Part shown: positions 42,744 through 55,069 of the stretch, piece by piece
Position numbering within the stretch: the stretch's first letter is position 1
Layout: every line of letters begins with the position of its first letter
From: an uncultured delta proteobacterium
GTDB lineage: Bacteria; Myxococcota_A; UBA9160; UBA4427
Direction: 5' to 3'
Length of the DNA: 64,000 nucleotides
Assembly: GCA_963822965.1 (NCBI GenBank)
Contig: CAWGJT010000014.1
Location: 96,001-160,000 of the forward strand
Program-made: the position numbers and the translations under genes
Notes under the pieces: generated by a model
What the model was told of the DNA's origin: nothing
Seen by the model: the letters and a program-made list of their open reading frames with translations, nothing else
The model's database searches: none

Positions 42744-43274
42744 ATGGATGAGCTCGACGTCGAGGATCGGATCGTCGCCTCGATCCGACGCGTGATCCGC
42801 GCCATCGACCTGCATTCGCGGCGCCTGATGGATCGCTACGAGCTGACCGGACCCCAGCTCGCCATCTTGCGGGAAGCCCAGCGGCTCGACGGTGTGTCTC
42901 CGAGCGCGCTCGCGCGCGCCGTCCACCTGAGCCAGCCGACGGTCTCGGGCATCCTGAGCCGGCTCGAGCGGCGCGGACTCGTGTGCCGGGAGCAGTCCGC
43001 CGGCGATCGCCGCAGCGTGCTGATCCGGGTGACCCCGGAAGGGGAGGCGATGCTCGAGGAGGCGCCGTCCCTGCTGCAGGACCACTTCCGAGCGGAGCTG
43101 GCGCGTCTCGAGGACTGGGAGCGCCACTGGCTGCTGGCTGCTCTCGAGCGAATCGCCTCCATGATGGACGCCCAATCGATCGACGCGGCGCCGATCCTCC
43201 AGACCGGCCCGGTCGCGACGTCCGAGGACGCGGAGCGACGGCCGAGCTCCGAGGACGCCGAGACGCGCGGCTGA
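42744..43274 (+). CDS. MarR-family transcriptional regulator
   Basis: [33 protein letters not shown]. Confidence 0.92.
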   Translation: MDELDVEDRIVASIRRVIRAIDLHSRRLMDRYELTGPQLAILREAQRLDGVSPSALARAVHLSQPTVSGILSRLERRGLVCREQSAGDRRSVLIRVTPEGEAMLEEAPSLLQDHFRAELARLEDWERHWLLAALERIASMMDAQSIDAAPILQTGPVATSEDAERRPSSEDAETRG

Positions 43275-43298
43275 GTCACCCGCGCGCTCGAGGACGCG

Positions 43299-45530
43299 TC
43301 AGACCCGGAAGCGCCTCACGGCGTCGCGCAGGGCTTCGGCCTGTCGTTCGAGGTCTCCCACCGCGCTCGCCATCTCGGCGGCGGAGGCCTCGTGTGAGCG
43401 CGTGAGCTCCATCGACCGGCGAACCACCGAGGCCACCTCGCGGCTGGCCGCGCCCTGCTGGGCGAGTCCCTGGGTGATCTCGCGCACCGTTCGCTGCACG
43501 TCCTCGACGCTCTGGCCGATGCGCGAGGTGCCGCCCGTCTGGAGGTCGACGGCGTGCCGCATGCGTTCGGCGACGTTGCACAGGGCGTTCGAGCTTCGCT
43601 GCACCGTGGCGTTGGCATCGACCTGCGCCCGGGTGACCGCGCGAATGCGTTCGACGCCGGTGCGCAGGGTCTCCAGGTGCTCCACCATCGTCGCGGCCGC
43701 CACCATCTGCTGGGCCGTCGAGGAGGCGCTCTCGGTCATGTGATCGCCGCTCTCCCGGGCCGCGCTCGTGATCTCGGCGAGGGAGGCCTCGGCCTGCCGG
43801 ATGAGGGTGGCGCCCTCCCGCGCCCGGGCGGTACCTCGCGAGATGGAGCTCGCCGCGTTCGCCGTCTCCTGCTGCACGGCACGCACCACCGCCTCGATCT
43901 CCCGGGTGCCCGCCTGCACGCGTTCACACACCGCCTTCATCTCGTCGGCCACCACCGCGAAGGCCTTGCCGCGCTCGCCGGCCTGGGCGGCGATGATGGC
44001 CGCGTTCAGCGCCAGCAGGTTGGTCTCGTCCGACACGTCGTCGATCACGGTGAGGATGGTGCCGATCTCCGCGGCCCGCTGATTCAGGGCCTGGATCACG
44101 CGCTCGGACTCCTCGATCGTCTCCCGCGTGGCCTCCATGCCCTGGACGGCGTCGCGCACGATCTGGCGCCCGCGCTCCGCGGTCTCGACCACGCCGCTCG
44201 AGAGGCGCGCGGTCTCCTCGGCGTTCTTGCTGACGGTGCGGGCGGCGCTCGCCACCTCCGTGGCGCTGCTGGTGGCGGTCTCCGTCGCCGGGAGCAGCCC
44301 CTCGGCGTCGTCGGCCACGCGGACCGAGCGCTCGATCACCTGCTCGAGCGAGCGGATGATCTCGTCGCTGCGATCGGAGAGCTCGCTGGCGTTCTCGCGC
44401 AGGGCCTCTCCGGATTCGGCGAGCTCGCGGAACGAAGCCGTCGAGCCGTCCACCGAGAGATCCAGGCTGTGGGCGGACTCGCCCGCGGACTTCGCGATGC
44501 GATCGATGAGCTGCTCGATCTCGGCCAGGGTCGTCGCCGCCTCGTCGTTGCCGCGTTGCTGCTCCTGGGTGACGGCGAGGAAGCGTCCCGTACCCTGGGC
44601 GATCGTGCCGGCCGTGGCCTCCACGCGATCGGCCGCCGCCGCCACCTGACGGATGGTGCCGGCCAGCTCGTGGGTCATCTCCTCGAAGGCGCGCACCACG
44701 TCGCCGATCTCGTCGGCCCGGTCGGTGGCGTCCAGCCGGCGCGTGAGATCGCCTTCCCCGATGCGGTGCGCGGCGAGCTGCACCTCCTGGATCGGGCGGA
44801 CGAGCCCGCGCGAGACCACCCAGCTCACCCCGAAGGCCAGCGCCAGCCCGAGCGCGGCGGCGAGACCCAGGTGGAGCCGGGCGTTGTGCATGGCCGCCCG
44901 CTCGGCCTGGAGCGACGACGCTACCCGCAGCTCGAGCCCGTCCAGGCGCAGCACCGTGCGCTGGAGCTCGGCCGTGGTCGGCCCGCCCGGCGTGCCGAAG
45001 GAGACCTCGGCGCCGCACAGCTCGGACCACACGGCGAGGGTGTCGGCCTCCAGCGGCTCGACCGCCAGCAGGCGCCCCGCGCGCGAGAGCCGCGTGCTCA
45101 CCACCGCGTAGGGCCGGCCGTCGTGCGCCACGAGCCCATTGCTCTCGACGGGCAGCGCCGCGGCGTCGAGCGCGGACTCGCCGGCCGCGGCGGCGACCCG
45201 GCCGTCGGGTCGCACGAAGGCGATGCGGGCCGCGTCGTGCTGTTGGAGCAGGGTCTCGGCGTAGTGGGCGAGGGTGGGCGCGTGGTCGATCTCCAGGGTG
45301 GCGCGGAACTGCGGCGTGCCGGAGACGGCGCGGTAGCGCTCGGCCATGGCGGTGAGGTGGCCTTCGAGCAGGCGTTCGGCGGCCACCGCGGCGTTGTCGA
45401 GACGCTGCTCGGCGGCGCGCTCGAGATCGGCGGAGAGGTTCCGCTCCTGCAGCACCAGCACGAGGCCGGTGCTCGCGGCAGCCACGCCGCACATGACGGC
45501 GAGCAGGCGACCGAAGAGCCCCCGGATCAC
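43299..45530 (-). CDS. Methyl-accepting chemotaxis protein
   Basis: Two TM segments, HAMP domain, ETNLLALNAAIIAAQAGERGKAFAVVADE. Confidence 0.95.
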   Translation of the reverse strand: MIRGLFGRLLAVMCGVAAASTGLVLVLQERNLSADLERAAEQRLDNAAVAAERLLEGHLTAMAERYRAVSGTPQFRATLEIDHAPTLAHYAETLLQQHDAARIAFVRPDGRVAAAAGESALDAAALPVESNGLVAHDGRPYAVVSTRLSRAGRLLAVEPLEADTLAVWSELCGAEVSFGTPGGPTTAELQRTVLRLDGLELRVASSLQAERAAMHNARLHLGLAAALGLALAFGVSWVVSRGLVRPIQEVQLAAHRIGEGDLTRRLDATDRADEIGDVVRAFEEMTHELAGTIRQVAAAADRVEATAGTIAQGTGRFLAVTQEQQRGNDEAATTLAEIEQLIDRIAKSAGESAHSLDLSVDGSTASFRELAESGEALRENASELSDRSDEIIRSLEQVIERSVRVADDAEGLLPATETATSSATEVASAARTVSKNAEETARLSSGVVETAERGRQIVRDAVQGMEATRETIEESERVIQALNQRAAEIGTILTVIDDVSDETNLLALNAAIIAAQAGERGKAFAVVADEMKAVCERVQAGTREIEAVVRAVQQETANAASSISRGTARAREGATLIRQAEASLAEITSAARESGDHMTESASSTAQQMVAAATMVEHLETLRTGVERIRAVTRAQVDANATVQRSSNALCNVAERMRHAVDLQTGGTSRIGQSVEDVQRTVREITQGLAQQGAASREVASVVRRSMELTRSHEASAAEMASAVGDLERQAEALRDAVRRFRV

Positions 45531-45789
45531 GCGCCGGCACTCCGTCGGGCCGCGTGCGAGGTGGCGCAGGAGCCAGCATGCTGCAAGGAATCGTCTCCCG
45601 CCGGCGGTTGCCGGGCCTGCCGCCCGACCTGCAGGGGAAGTCGCCGACCCGCCTGATTCAAAAGGGCTTTCGGAAGACGCGGAGAATCTCTTGAGCGGCT
45701 CCCGCTGCCGCCGGGATGCGTCATCCTCCCGGGCGCCGGGCCCGAGCGGCTCGCCTTTCCGGCGAGCGCGCGTCCCGGGGAGGATCCGC

Positions 45790-47112
45790 TTGTATCGCCT
45801 CTTCTCTTGGGAGCACAGCTACTTCTCCGGCAAGGTCCGGGCCTACCTGCGGTACAAGCAGCGCATGGGGGGGCTCGCCCCCGGCTTCGAGGACGTGCTG
45901 GCGACCCCGGAGCTCCTGCAGGGCCTGCTGCTGCCCCGATCCGGCAGCGCGGCGGTCCCCCAGCTCGAGACCCCCGAAGGCACCTGGGTGCAGGACTCGA
46001 GCGAGATCATCGACCACTGCGAGGCCGCCCACCCCGATCCGGCCGTCACCCCCGACCCCCGCGAGCGACCGCGACAGGCGCTGGCGGCCCACCTCGTCGA
46101 GCTGCTGGCCGACGAGTGGCTGGTGGTTCCCGCCTTCTGGGAGCGCTGGTACTTCAGCGAAGACGGGCGGTCGCCGAGCCACCGGGGCTTCAACGAGCAG
46201 CAGTGGGGCGCGGTCTTCGCCGCCGGCGCGCCGGGAAGCGCGCGGAGGGCGGCGGGTGCCTTCGTGTTCGAGAACCTCTTCGGGATCTCCCACTCGCGCT
46301 CCGATCCGATGGGGGTCTACGCCGGGCTGGTGCACCTCGGTGTCAGCGCCGAGACCGAAGGCGCCTGGCAGGCGAGCCAGCACCGCATCCTCACCCGGCT
46401 GGAGACGCTCTTCGCCGAGCACGACTACGCGCTCGGCGGCCGGCCCAGCCTGGCGGACTTCGGGCTGATGGGACCGCTCTACGCGCATCTGTACCGGGAT
46501 GCGGTCTCGGGCTTCGCCCTGCGCACGCACTTCCCGCTGACCGCCGAGTGGGTGGAGCGGACGAACGGGGAGGGCGCCCTCAACGCCCGCACCTACGACC
46601 AGAAGCTCTACTCGCTGGGCGCCGGGGGCGAGCTCGTCCCGCGTGCCGCCAACGGGGACGGCGCCGACTGGCTCCCGGACGACGCCCTGCCCGAGAGCCT
46701 GCTCCCGGTGCTCGCCGTCTTCTTCGAGGAGATGTGGCCGGTCCTGATCGACGCCATGGAGCGTCTGTCGGCCTTCATCGCGAGCGACGACTGCCCGCCG
46801 GACGGCGAGCTGCCGGGCAAGACCTTCTTCGCGACGCCGGGCTTCGAGCGGCACCAGACCGGCACCGGAGCGCTCACCCACGCGTACACCCTGGGCGGCG
46901 TGACCGGACGGCGGATGGTCGTCCCCTATCAGGTCTGGATGCTGGGGCGGCTCCTGCGGGTCCTCGACGTGGCGACGGCGACGCCGTCGGGCCGCGGGTC
47001 GGTGGAAGCGATGCTGGCCGGCATCGGCGGATCGGACCTGCTGAGCCTGCCCGACCGCATCGCGGGCTGCCGGGTGCGCAAGCAGGGAGCACGCCTGTAC
47101 GCGGACGTGTAG
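45790..47112 (+). CDS. Glutathione S-transferase family protein
   Basis: SYFSGKVRAYLRYK, VPQL, DSSEII, YALGGRPSLADF; start approximate. Confidence 0.82.
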   Translation: MYRLFSWEHSYFSGKVRAYLRYKQRMGGLAPGFEDVLATPELLQGLLLPRSGSAAVPQLETPEGTWVQDSSEIIDHCEAAHPDPAVTPDPRERPRQALAAHLVELLADEWLVVPAFWERWYFSEDGRSPSHRGFNEQQWGAVFAAGAPGSARRAAGAFVFENLFGISHSRSDPMGVYAGLVHLGVSAETEGAWQASQHRILTRLETLFAEHDYALGGRPSLADFGLMGPLYAHLYRDAVSGFALRTHFPLTAEWVERTNGEGALNARTYDQKLYSLGAGGELVPRAANGDGADWLPDDALPESLLPVLAVFFEEMWPVLIDAMERLSAFIASDDCPPDGELPGKTFFATPGFERHQTGTGALTHAYTLGGVTGRRMVVPYQVWMLGRLLRVLDVATATPSGRGSVEAMLAGIGGSDLLSLPDRIAGCRVRKQGARLYADV

Positions 47113-47119
47113 CCCGGGG

Positions 47120-48562
47120 TCAGGCGCGGTTCGGGGCCGGGGCTCCCGATCGAGACGCCGCCAGATAGGCGAGCAGCCCGCAGGCCGCGCAGCTGAGCCC
47201 GACGGGCAGCACCAGTCCGGGGCCGTCGTAGAGCCAGGGCTCTGCGAACCACTCCCAGCCGAGGGACAGGTGCACGAGCCACAGGCCCGTCCCCACCCCC
47301 ATGGCCGCCAGCGCGGCGGCCTCTCCGCCCCGGCGGAACGCGAGCCCCATGGTCAGCGGCACGAGCAGGGAGACCAGCCCGATCTCGTAGGCGGACTCGA
47401 GCAGCGAGTAGGCGGTCTCGCCCAGGAAGGCCACGGTCAGGCTGGCGGCCGCGACGCCCAGCACGGCGGCCTCGTCCCGGCTGAAGCGTCCGCGCGCGCG
47501 GATGGCGGAGGTCGCGAGCAGGTTCTCGGCGATGACGCCGGCCGGGGCCAGGATCGCGCTGTCGATGGTCGAGAGCACCGCCGAGACCAGGGCCAGCACG
47601 AAGAGCACCGACACGACCGGGTGGACCAGCAGGTCGGCGAGCACCGGCAGGATCGCGCGCTCGTCTCCGGGCACGAGCAGGGCCGCCGCCAGCCCGAGGG
47701 CGATGGGGATCGCGCCGAAGAGCAGGTAGGCGATGCCCGCCAGCCAGCAAGCGCGGCGGGCCACGCGCTCCGAACGCGAGGACAGCACCCGCTGCATCAG
47801 ATCCTGCCCGGGCAGGTTGCCGAGGGCGCCGGCCGCCAGCAGGGAGAGCCAGCCGAGGAGGGACTCGAGGTCGTCCGTGGGCACCACGGCGAGGCGCGGT
47901 GCCGGCGTCTCCTGCACCAGCCGGAGCGAGCCGGCAGCGATCTCCCCATGACCGAGCGCCAGCAGGGCCATCACCAGCATCACCACCAGCCCCACGATCA
48001 GCAGCACCGCCTGCAGCGCGTCGGTGGCGGCCACCGACCACATGCCGCCGATCAGCGTGTAGCCCGCGCCGACCACCGCCACGAGCACGAGGCCCAGGGT
48101 GAAGTCGAGGCCCAGCAGCAGCTCGAGCACCGAGGCGAGCGCGACGAACTGCGCGGCGATCCAGCCGAAGTAGCCCGGCACCATCAGCACCCCGGCCACC
48201 TTCTCGGCCCGCGGTCCGAAGCGCACGCGATAGAAGTCGACCACGGTGAGCAGGCGCATGCGCCACAGAGGACCGGCGAAGAAGGCGCCCGCCAGGATCA
48301 GGCAGAGGCCCGCTCCGAGGGGGTCGAGGGCGGCCGCGCGGATGCCCTCGACGCGCACCTCCTGGGTGGCGACGAGCAGGGTTCCCGCCCCGAACCAGGT
48401 CGCGAAGAGGGTGGCCGTCGCCAGCGGCAGTCCGAGCCGCCGCCCGGCCACCAGGTAGTCCTCGCTCGTCTCCGTTCGGCCGCGCGCCCAGAAGGCGACC
48501 CCGAAGAGCACCACGACGTTGACGCCGAGCACGACGCCCATGAGCACGGGGTTGCCGAGCAT
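47120..48562 (-). CDS. Sodium:solute symporter (SSS; choline-transporter-like)
   Basis: DYLVAGRRLG, ATWFG, YTLIGGMWSVAATD, QDLMQRV. Confidence 0.92.
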   Translation of the reverse strand: MLGNPVLMGVVLGVNVVVLFGVAFWARGRTETSEDYLVAGRRLGLPLATATLFATWFGAGTLLVATQEVRVEGIRAAALDPLGAGLCLILAGAFFAGPLWRMRLLTVVDFYRVRFGPRAEKVAGVLMVPGYFGWIAAQFVALASVLELLLGLDFTLGLVLVAVVGAGYTLIGGMWSVAATDALQAVLLIVGLVVMLVMALLALGHGEIAAGSLRLVQETPAPRLAVVPTDDLESLLGWLSLLAAGALGNLPGQDLMQRVLSSRSERVARRACWLAGIAYLLFGAIPIALGLAAALLVPGDERAILPVLADLLVHPVVSVLFVLALVSAVLSTIDSAILAPAGVIAENLLATSAIRARGRFSRDEAAVLGVAAASLTVAFLGETAYSLLESAYEIGLVSLLVPLTMGLAFRRGGEAAALAAMGVGTGLWLVHLSLGWEWFAEPWLYDGPGLVLPVGLSCAACGLLAYLAASRSGAPAPNRA

Positions 48563-48632
48563 GAATCGCCTCCGGACGCGCGGGTGGGCGCCCGGCAGGG
48601 TGGCACGAGTTCCGCCGCTTGGGCAGGCGGGC

Positions 48633-48796
48633 AGAGGCGGGCGGGCGGGACGGGTGAGAGAGGCGGGCGGGCGGGACGGGTGAGAGAGGCGGGCGGGCGG
48701 GACGGGCGTAGAGAGGCGGGGCGGGCGGGACGGGTGAGAGAGGCGGGCGGGCGGGACGGGCGAGAGAGGCGGGCGGGCGGGGCGAACGGGACGGGG
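48633..48796 (+). repeat. G-rich tandem repeat, unit AGAGGCGGGCGGGCGGGACGGG(T/C)GAG, 5 full copies plus 1 partial
   Basis: 26-27 bp units starting at 48633, 48659, 48685, 48712, 48739 and 48765. Confidence 0.93.
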
Positions 48797-48802
48797 CCCG
48801 CT

Positions 48803-50239
48803 TCAGGCGTGGATGGCGCGTCCGGCCACCGCGAGGGCGGCCTCCTTCAAGGCTTCTCCCATGGCGGGATGGGCGTGGGAGGTGCGCGCGATGTCCTCCG
48901 CCGAGGCCGCGAACTCCATCGCGATGACGGCCTCCTGCAGCAGGTCGCCGGCCAGCGGGCCCACGGCGTGCACGCCCAGCACGCGGTCCGTGCGCGCGTC
49001 GGCGATCACCTTCACCAGGCCGTCCGTCTCGCCGGTCGCCCGCGCACGGCTATTCGCCGAGAACGGAAACTTGCCCACCTTGTACTCGACGCCGGCCTCC
49101 CGCAGCGCCTCTTCGGTGCGCCCGACGCCCGCGACCTCGGGCCAGGTGTAGACGACGGACGGCACCCGGTCGTAGCTCACGTGCACGGGCCGGCCGGCGA
49201 TTCCCTCGGCGCAGGCGACGCCGTCCTCCTCGGCCTTGTGGGCCAGCATCGGGCCGGGAATGCAGTCGCCGATGGCGTAGAGGCCCGGCACGTTCGTGCG
49301 GAAGGCGTCGTCCACCCGGATCGCGCCCCGGTCGTCCCGCTCGACGCCCAGGGCTTCGAGCCCGAGGCCCGCCGTGAAGGGGCGCCTTCCGATGGAGACG
49401 AGCACGATCTCGGCCTCGACGGAGTCCCCGTCTCCTCCCTGCGCGGGCTCGACGGTGAGCCGCACGGGGCTCCCGCTGGCGTCCGCCGCCGTGACCCGGC
49501 TCGCCAGCCGGAACTCGAGGCCCTGACGTTTCAGGATGCGCTGGGTCTGCTTCGCGATCTCGAGGTCCATCCCCGGCAGGATGCGGTCCAGGAACTCGAT
49601 CACCGTGACCTTCGAGCCGAGCCGCGACCACACCGACCCCAGCTCGAGCCCGATGGCGCCGGCTCCCACCACGACGAGGCGCTCGGGCACCGATTCCAGG
49701 ACCAGGGCGCCGGTGGAGCTCACGATGCGCTTCTCGTCCACCTCGACGCCCGGCAGCGGCGTCGATTCCGAGCCGGTGGCGATCACCACATGCTGGGCCT
49801 CGAGGCTCTGGGCGCCGCCGTCTTCGCCGGCGACCTCCACCCGGCCCGGCGCGGGAAGGCTCGCCGCGCCGCGCACGTACTCGACGCCGTTCTTCGAGAA
49901 CAGGAACTCGATGCCCTTCGTGAGCCCTTCCACCACCTTCTGCTTGCGGGCCATCATGCGCGCGAGGTCCAGGGTGACGCCGTCGATGGCGATGCCGTGC
50001 TCGGCCAGCCCGTGGCGCGCCTCGGCGAACCGCTCCGAGGAGTGGAGCAGCGCCTTCGAGGGGATGCAGCCGACGTTCAGGCAGGTGCCGCCGAGGACGC
50101 CGCGCTTCTCGACGCAGGCCGTCCGGAGGCCCAGCTGGGCGGCGCGGATGGCGGCTACGTAGCCGCCGACACCGCCGCCGATGATCACCACGTCGTAGCG
50201 GGATTCGGACACGGGGGAACCTCGACTCTCCGGGGTCAC
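48803..50239 (-). CDS. lpdA: Dihydrolipoamide dehydrogenase (E3)
   Basis: [23 protein letters not shown]. Confidence 0.97.
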   Translation of the reverse strand: MTPESRGSPVSESRYDVVIIGGGVGGYVAAIRAAQLGLRTACVEKRGVLGGTCLNVGCIPSKALLHSSERFAEARHGLAEHGIAIDGVTLDLARMMARKQKVVEGLTKGIEFLFSKNGVEYVRGAASLPAPGRVEVAGEDGGAQSLEAQHVVIATGSESTPLPGVEVDEKRIVSSTGALVLESVPERLVVVGAGAIGLELGSVWSRLGSKVTVIEFLDRILPGMDLEIAKQTQRILKRQGLEFRLASRVTAADASGSPVRLTVEPAQGGDGDSVEAEIVLVSIGRRPFTAGLGLEALGVERDDRGAIRVDDAFRTNVPGLYAIGDCIPGPMLAHKAEEDGVACAEGIAGRPVHVSYDRVPSVVYTWPEVAGVGRTEEALREAGVEYKVGKFPFSANSRARATGETDGLVKVIADARTDRVLGVHAVGPLAGDLLQEAVIAMEFAASAEDIARTSHAHPAMGEALKEAALAVAGRAIHA

Positions 50240-51660
50240 AGATCGAGCATCAGGCGCTCGGGGTCCTCGATGCCCTGCTTCACCTTCACGAGGAAGGTCA
50301 CCGCCTCGCGACCGTCGATCAGCCGGTGGTCGTAGGAGAGGGCCACGTACATCATCGGGCGGATCACCACCTGGCCGTCCACGGCCACCGGGCGATCCTC
50401 GATCTTGTGCAGGCCAAGGATCGCGGACTGCGGGCGGTTCAGGATGGGCGTCGACAGCAGCGAGCCGAAGACGCCGCCGTTCGTGATGCTGAACGTGCCC
50501 CCGCTCATCTCCTCGATCGCCAGGGTGCCCTCTCGCGCCTTGCGGGCCAGCCGGGCCAGGTCCGCCTCGATCTCCGCGAACGACCTCGCGTCGCAGTCCC
50601 GGATGACGGGCACCACCAGCCCGCTCTCGGAAGATACCGCCATGCCGATGTCGTAGTGGTTCTTGTAGACGATCTGCTCGCCGTCGATCTCGGCGTTCAC
50701 CTCGCGGATCTCGCGCAGGGCGGCCACGCAGGCCTTGGCGAAGAAGGAGGTGAAGCCGAGGCGGACGCCGTGCTTCTCCTCGAAGGCTTCCCGGTGCTTG
50801 GCGCGCAGCGTGATGACCGCGCTCATGTCCACCTCGTTGAAGGTGGTGAGGATGGCGGCCGTCTCCTGGGCCTCCTTGAGCCGCGCGGCGATGGTGCGGC
50901 GCATGCGGCTCATCTTGACCCGCTCTTCCCGGGGCGCGGCGGCCTTCGCAGCCGGGGGCCGCGCCGACGCCGGGGACGGAGGAGACGGCTCGCGCCCGGG
51001 TGCCGCCTCGGACGCCGGGCGTCCGGCGCCTGCATGCTCGAAGGCGCCCGCGTGCTCGAGGGCGCCTGCGTGCTCGAGATAGCCCAGCACGTCCTCGCGC
51101 GTCACCCGCCCGCCCTTTCCGGTGCCCGGGATGCGTGCCGGGTCGAGGTCGTGCTCCTCGAGCAGCAGCCGCACGGCGGGGCCGAGCTGCTCCCGGGCGA
51201 TGCCGAGGCCGGCCTCTAGATCTGGGCGACCGACGGGACCGCTCTCGGGGAAGCGCGCCGGCTCGAGGTCGGCCGCGGGTGCGCCCGTGGATATGGCTTC
51301 CTCCTCGACGGCGGGAGGGGGCTCCTTCGCGTCCGCAGGCGCTCCCGCCGCGGGCTTCTCCCCGGCGGCCGCCGACTTCTTCTTGGCTGATCGCTTCGAG
51401 GTGGCGGCCGGACGGGCGACCTCACCTTCCTCGAGGCGCGCGAGCAAAGCGCCGATCTCCACGTCCTCGCCCTCGGCGACGAGGATCTCCCCCATCACGC
51501 CGGCCTTGGGAGCGGGCAGCTCGACGGTGGCCTTGTCGGTCTCGAGCTCGACGATGGGCTCGTCGGCGGCGACGGCATCGCCCGGCTGCTTGAGCCAGGC
51601 TGCAACCGTGGCCTCGGTGATCGACTCCCCGAGCTCGGGTACCACGATGTCGATGGACAC
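50236..51660 (-). CDS. sucB: Dihydrolipoamide succinyltransferase (E2)
   Basis: [11 protein letters not shown], lipoyl motif [21 protein letters not shown]. Confidence 0.96.
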   Translation of the reverse strand: MSIDIVVPELGESITEATVAAWLKQPGDAVAADEPIVELETDKATVELPAPKAGVMGEILVAEGEDVEIGALLARLEEGEVARPAATSKRSAKKKSAAAGEKPAAGAPADAKEPPPAVEEEAISTGAPAADLEPARFPESGPVGRPDLEAGLGIAREQLGPAVRLLLEEHDLDPARIPGTGKGGRVTREDVLGYLEHAGALEHAGAFEHAGAGRPASEAAPGREPSPPSPASARPPAAKAAAPREERVKMSRMRRTIAARLKEAQETAAILTTFNEVDMSAVITLRAKHREAFEEKHGVRLGFTSFFAKACVAALREIREVNAEIDGEQIVYKNHYDIGMAVSSESGLVVPVIRDCDARSFAEIEADLARLARKAREGTLAIEEMSGGTFSITNGGVFGSLLSTPILNRPQSAILGLHKIEDRPVAVDGQVVIRPMMYVALSYDHRLIDGREAVTFLVKVKQGIEDPERLMLDL

Positions 51661-51701
51661 GACGGCTCCTTCCTGACGCGTTGCGCCGGACCTGGACGGC
51701 G

Positions 51702-54608
51702 CTACTTCCGCTCCCGTTCGGTGCTGATCGCGACGCGATGGGCGAGTCGGCCCATCGGCTGGACGTCGAGGCTCAGGGCCTCGTCCACGAGGCGGATCTG
51801 CTCGGCCGCATGATCCGACGCGAGCCCCGTCGCCGGCGAGGCCGACGTCTCGCGGCCGGCGTAGCGCGGCTCCGGATGCTCGCACCCGATGCTGCGCGCG
51901 ACCTCCGGCAGCAGGTCCTGCATGAAGTCCCAAGCGCCCATGTTGCGGGGCTCTTCCTGGCACCACACGAGCTTGCAGTGACGGTAGGACTCCAGCTCGT
52001 TCTTGAGCGCGTCGAGCGGGAAGGGGTAGAGCTGCTCGATGCGCAGGAGGTGCACGTCCTGGATGCCGTGCTTCTCGCGCTCCTCGAGCAGGTCGTAGTA
52101 GACCTTTCCGCTGCACAGGACGAGCTGTCGCGCCTCCCCGGGCGGGCACGGAAGCTCGTCGCAGTGGAGCACCCGGTGGAACCCGCTGTCGGGACCCAGG
52201 TCGGCGAGCGTCGAGACGACGCGCTTGTGGCGCAGCAGCGACTTGGGCGACATGACGATCAACGGCTTGCGGAACGCGCGGTGCATCTGCCGGCGCAGGA
52301 CGTGGAAGTAGTTGGCCGGCGTCGTGCAGTTCACCACCTGCAGGTTGTCCTCGGCGCACAGCTGCAGGAAGCGCTCGAGGCGCGCCGAGGAGTGCTCCGG
52401 GCCCTGCCCCTCGAAGCCGTGGGGCAGCAGCATCACGAGACCGCACATGCGCAGCCACTTCTCTTCGGCCGCCGCCAGGAACTGGTCGATGATCACCTGG
52501 GCGCCGTTGGCGAAGTCCCCGAACTGCGCCTCCCACAGCACCAGCGTCTTGGGCGACGTGATCGCATAGCCGTACTCGAACCCGAGCACGCCGAACTCGC
52601 TGAGGGGACTGTCGAACACCTCCACGCGCGCCTGATCGTCGCGGATGTGGTCCAGCGCCACGTAGCGCTCCTCGGTGTCCTGGTCGATCCACGCGGCGTG
52701 ACGCTGGGAGAACGTGCCGCGGCTGGCGTCCTCGCCGGAGAGCCGCACGGGCGTCCCCTCGATGGCCAGGGTGCCGAAGGCCAGCGCCTCGGCGGTGGAC
52801 CAGTCGATTCCCTCGCCGCTCTCGAACATCTCGCGCTTGCGCTTCAGGATGCGCTCGAGCTTGCGGTTGAGCGCGAAGCCCCGCGGAACCGTGGTGAGGG
52901 TGCGTCCCACCTCGCGCAGGACCTCCGCTGCCACTCCCGTCAGGCCGCGGCGCGCGTCGTAGCCCCGGGCGGGCTCGAGCCCCGACCAGGCGCCCTCGAG
53001 CCAGTCCCACTTCACGTTCTTGTAGGTGGAGGCGGTCTCGTACGCCTTCTCGAGACGTTCCTCGACCCGCGCGACGATGGCGTCGGCCTCTTCGGCGCTC
53101 AGCACCCCTTCCGAGACGAGCTGGCCCGCGTAGATGGCGCGGGTGGTGGGCTGCTTGGCGATCCGCGCGTACATGAGGGGCTGGGTGAACGCCGGCTCGT
53201 CGCTCTCGTTGTGCCCGTGCCGCCGGTAGCAGTAGATGTCGAGGATGACGTCCTTCTTGAAGCGGGCGCGGTAGGCGGCCGCGACCCCGGCGGCCCGGAC
53301 CACGTCCTCGGGCGAGTCGCCGTTCACGTGCAGCACCGGGGCCTGGATCATCTTGGCGACGTCCGAGCAGTAGGGGCTCGAGCGGCCGCGGGACGGATTC
53401 GTGGTGAAGCCGATCTGGTTGTTGATGATGACGTGGACGATGCCGCCCGTGCGGTAGCCCGGCAGATCGCAGAACTGCAGCGTCTCGGGGACGGTTCCCT
53501 GGCCGGCGAACGCGGCGTCCCCGTGCAGGAGCAGCCCCATGGAGCGCCGGTGCTCCACGTCGCCCATCTGCGCCTGGCGTGCCCGGACGCGCCCGGCTAC
53601 CACCGGGTCCACGGCCTCGAGGTGCGACGGGTTCGGGGTGAGCGAGAGGTGGACCTTGCGGCCGTTCACGTCCCGGTCGGTGGAGGTCCCCAGGTGGTAC
53701 TTGACGTCGCCGCCGCCCTGGAAGTCGTCGGGCATCGCCGAGCCGCCGTGGAACTCCGAGAAGATGGCCTCCAGCGGCTTCTGCATCAGGTTCGTGAGCA
53801 CGTTCAGGCGCCCGCGATGCGCCATGCCGATGATGATGTCCTCGACGCCCTGCTCGGTGCATAGGCGCACGATGGTCTCGAGCGCGGGCATGACCGACTC
53901 GGCGCCCTCGAGGCCGAAGCGCTTGGTGCCCTTGTACTTCTTGTCGAGGAAGCGCTCGAAGACCTCGGCCGACGTGAGGGCCTGGAGGATCTCCAGACGG
54001 GCCTGGGGCCGCAGGCGGCTGCGATGGGAGACGCCATCCAGATGCTGCTGGATCCAGGTGCGCTCGACGGGGTTCTGGATGTGCATGTACTCGATGCCGA
54101 GCTTCCCGCAGTAGTTGCGGCGCAGGACGCCGTAGATCTCCCGCAGGGTGGCGGTCTCGAGCCCCAGCTGGCCGTCGATGAAGATCGGCCGGTCCCAGTC
54201 GTCTTCGTCGAAGCCGTAGCTGGCGGGGTCGAGGTCGGGCTGGGGCGCGCGCTCGCTCCGCTCCAGGGGATCGAGGTCGGCTTCGAGATGGCCGCGGACC
54301 CGGTAGGCACGGATCAGCATGATGGCCCGCACGGAATCCCGGGCGGCCGCGAAGGCGTCGGCGGTGTCGAGCGGTCGGCCCCCCGACTCGACGAGGGCGC
54401 CCTCCCGCCCGCCAGTGCTCGGGCCCGGATGGGCTTCGGCTCCCGGCTCGGCCAGCGAGGCGAGCCAGCTCCGGGCGTCGTCGTCGAGGCGCTCGAAGAG
54501 GTCGCGCCACTGAGCGGGGGTGGATTCCGGATCCTGCTGCCAGCGGGTGTAGAGGCCCGCGAGGGCGAGTGCGTCGGGGGTCCGCTGTGGAGATCTGCGG
54601 TCGGTCAT
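51702..54608 (-). CDS. sucA: 2-oxoglutarate dehydrogenase E1
   Basis: [46 protein letters not shown]. Confidence 0.97.
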   Translation of the reverse strand: MTDRRSPQRTPDALALAGLYTRWQQDPESTPAQWRDLFERLDDDARSWLASLAEPGAEAHPGPSTGGREGALVESGGRPLDTADAFAAARDSVRAIMLIRAYRVRGHLEADLDPLERSERAPQPDLDPASYGFDEDDWDRPIFIDGQLGLETATLREIYGVLRRNYCGKLGIEYMHIQNPVERTWIQQHLDGVSHRSRLRPQARLEILQALTSAEVFERFLDKKYKGTKRFGLEGAESVMPALETIVRLCTEQGVEDIIIGMAHRGRLNVLTNLMQKPLEAIFSEFHGGSAMPDDFQGGGDVKYHLGTSTDRDVNGRKVHLSLTPNPSHLEAVDPVVAGRVRARQAQMGDVEHRRSMGLLLHGDAAFAGQGTVPETLQFCDLPGYRTGGIVHVIINNQIGFTTNPSRGRSSPYCSDVAKMIQAPVLHVNGDSPEDVVRAAGVAAAYRARFKKDVILDIYCYRRHGHNESDEPAFTQPLMYARIAKQPTTRAIYAGQLVSEGVLSAEEADAIVARVEERLEKAYETASTYKNVKWDWLEGAWSGLEPARGYDARRGLTGVAAEVLREVGRTLTTVPRGFALNRKLERILKRKREMFESGEGIDWSTAEALAFGTLAIEGTPVRLSGEDASRGTFSQRHAAWIDQDTEERYVALDHIRDDQARVEVFDSPLSEFGVLGFEYGYAITSPKTLVLWEAQFGDFANGAQVIIDQFLAAAEEKWLRMCGLVMLLPHGFEGQGPEHSSARLERFLQLCAEDNLQVVNCTTPANYFHVLRRQMHRAFRKPLIVMSPKSLLRHKRVVSTLADLGPDSGFHRVLHCDELPCPPGEARQLVLCSGKVYYDLLEEREKHGIQDVHLLRIEQLYPFPLDALKNELESYRHCKLVWCQEEPRNMGAWDFMQDLLPEVARSIGCEHPEPRYAGRETSASPATGLASDHAAEQIRLVDEALSLDVQPMGRLAHRVAISTERERK

Positions 54609-55069
54609 GCTCCAGGCTCCGATCGGGGAGGGATGAGGCGATGTGGTGCGGTGGGGAGGGTAACACTCCGCGCGCACGCAGTCGTTTTGCGGCGCCGAGA
54701 GTGCCTCTGCCGCCCGCTCGCCGACGTCTCGGCAGCCGCTGCGCAGGCCGCCTGCGCCGGCGATACGCGTGCTTGCAGCGGCGAGATCGTGCGGTGTAAG
54801 GCGCACATTTCCCGCGCAGGACGTCCTGGGGAGGGTATGCTCTGCCGCGGCGGGTCTCGACGGCCCGCCCGGTGACGCCCCACTCGGCGAGGCGCATTGT
54901 ACCAGCGCCGGCCTCCGATGGGTTTCTCGTTGCCGCTGGCTGGCTCCGGCGCGTGGCGCGCGCCTTGCAGTGCTTTCCGGTGGGAGTGTAGAAGTCGTCG
55001 AGGTCGCCGAGCAGCGTCGAGCGTCGTCCGGCTTCGTGATCGGACGATCAAACCAGGGAGGGCAGGGAC

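Noticed and set aside
48633..48796. CRISPR array
   Set aside because: Head-to-tail repeats with no unique spacers, and no cas genes in the window; the same applies to the repeats at 1605 and 55677.
50236..54897. 1553-aa giant SucB fusion
   Set aside because: The upstream part is an off-frame read-through overlapping sucA; sucB starts at about 51660 after its own RBS.
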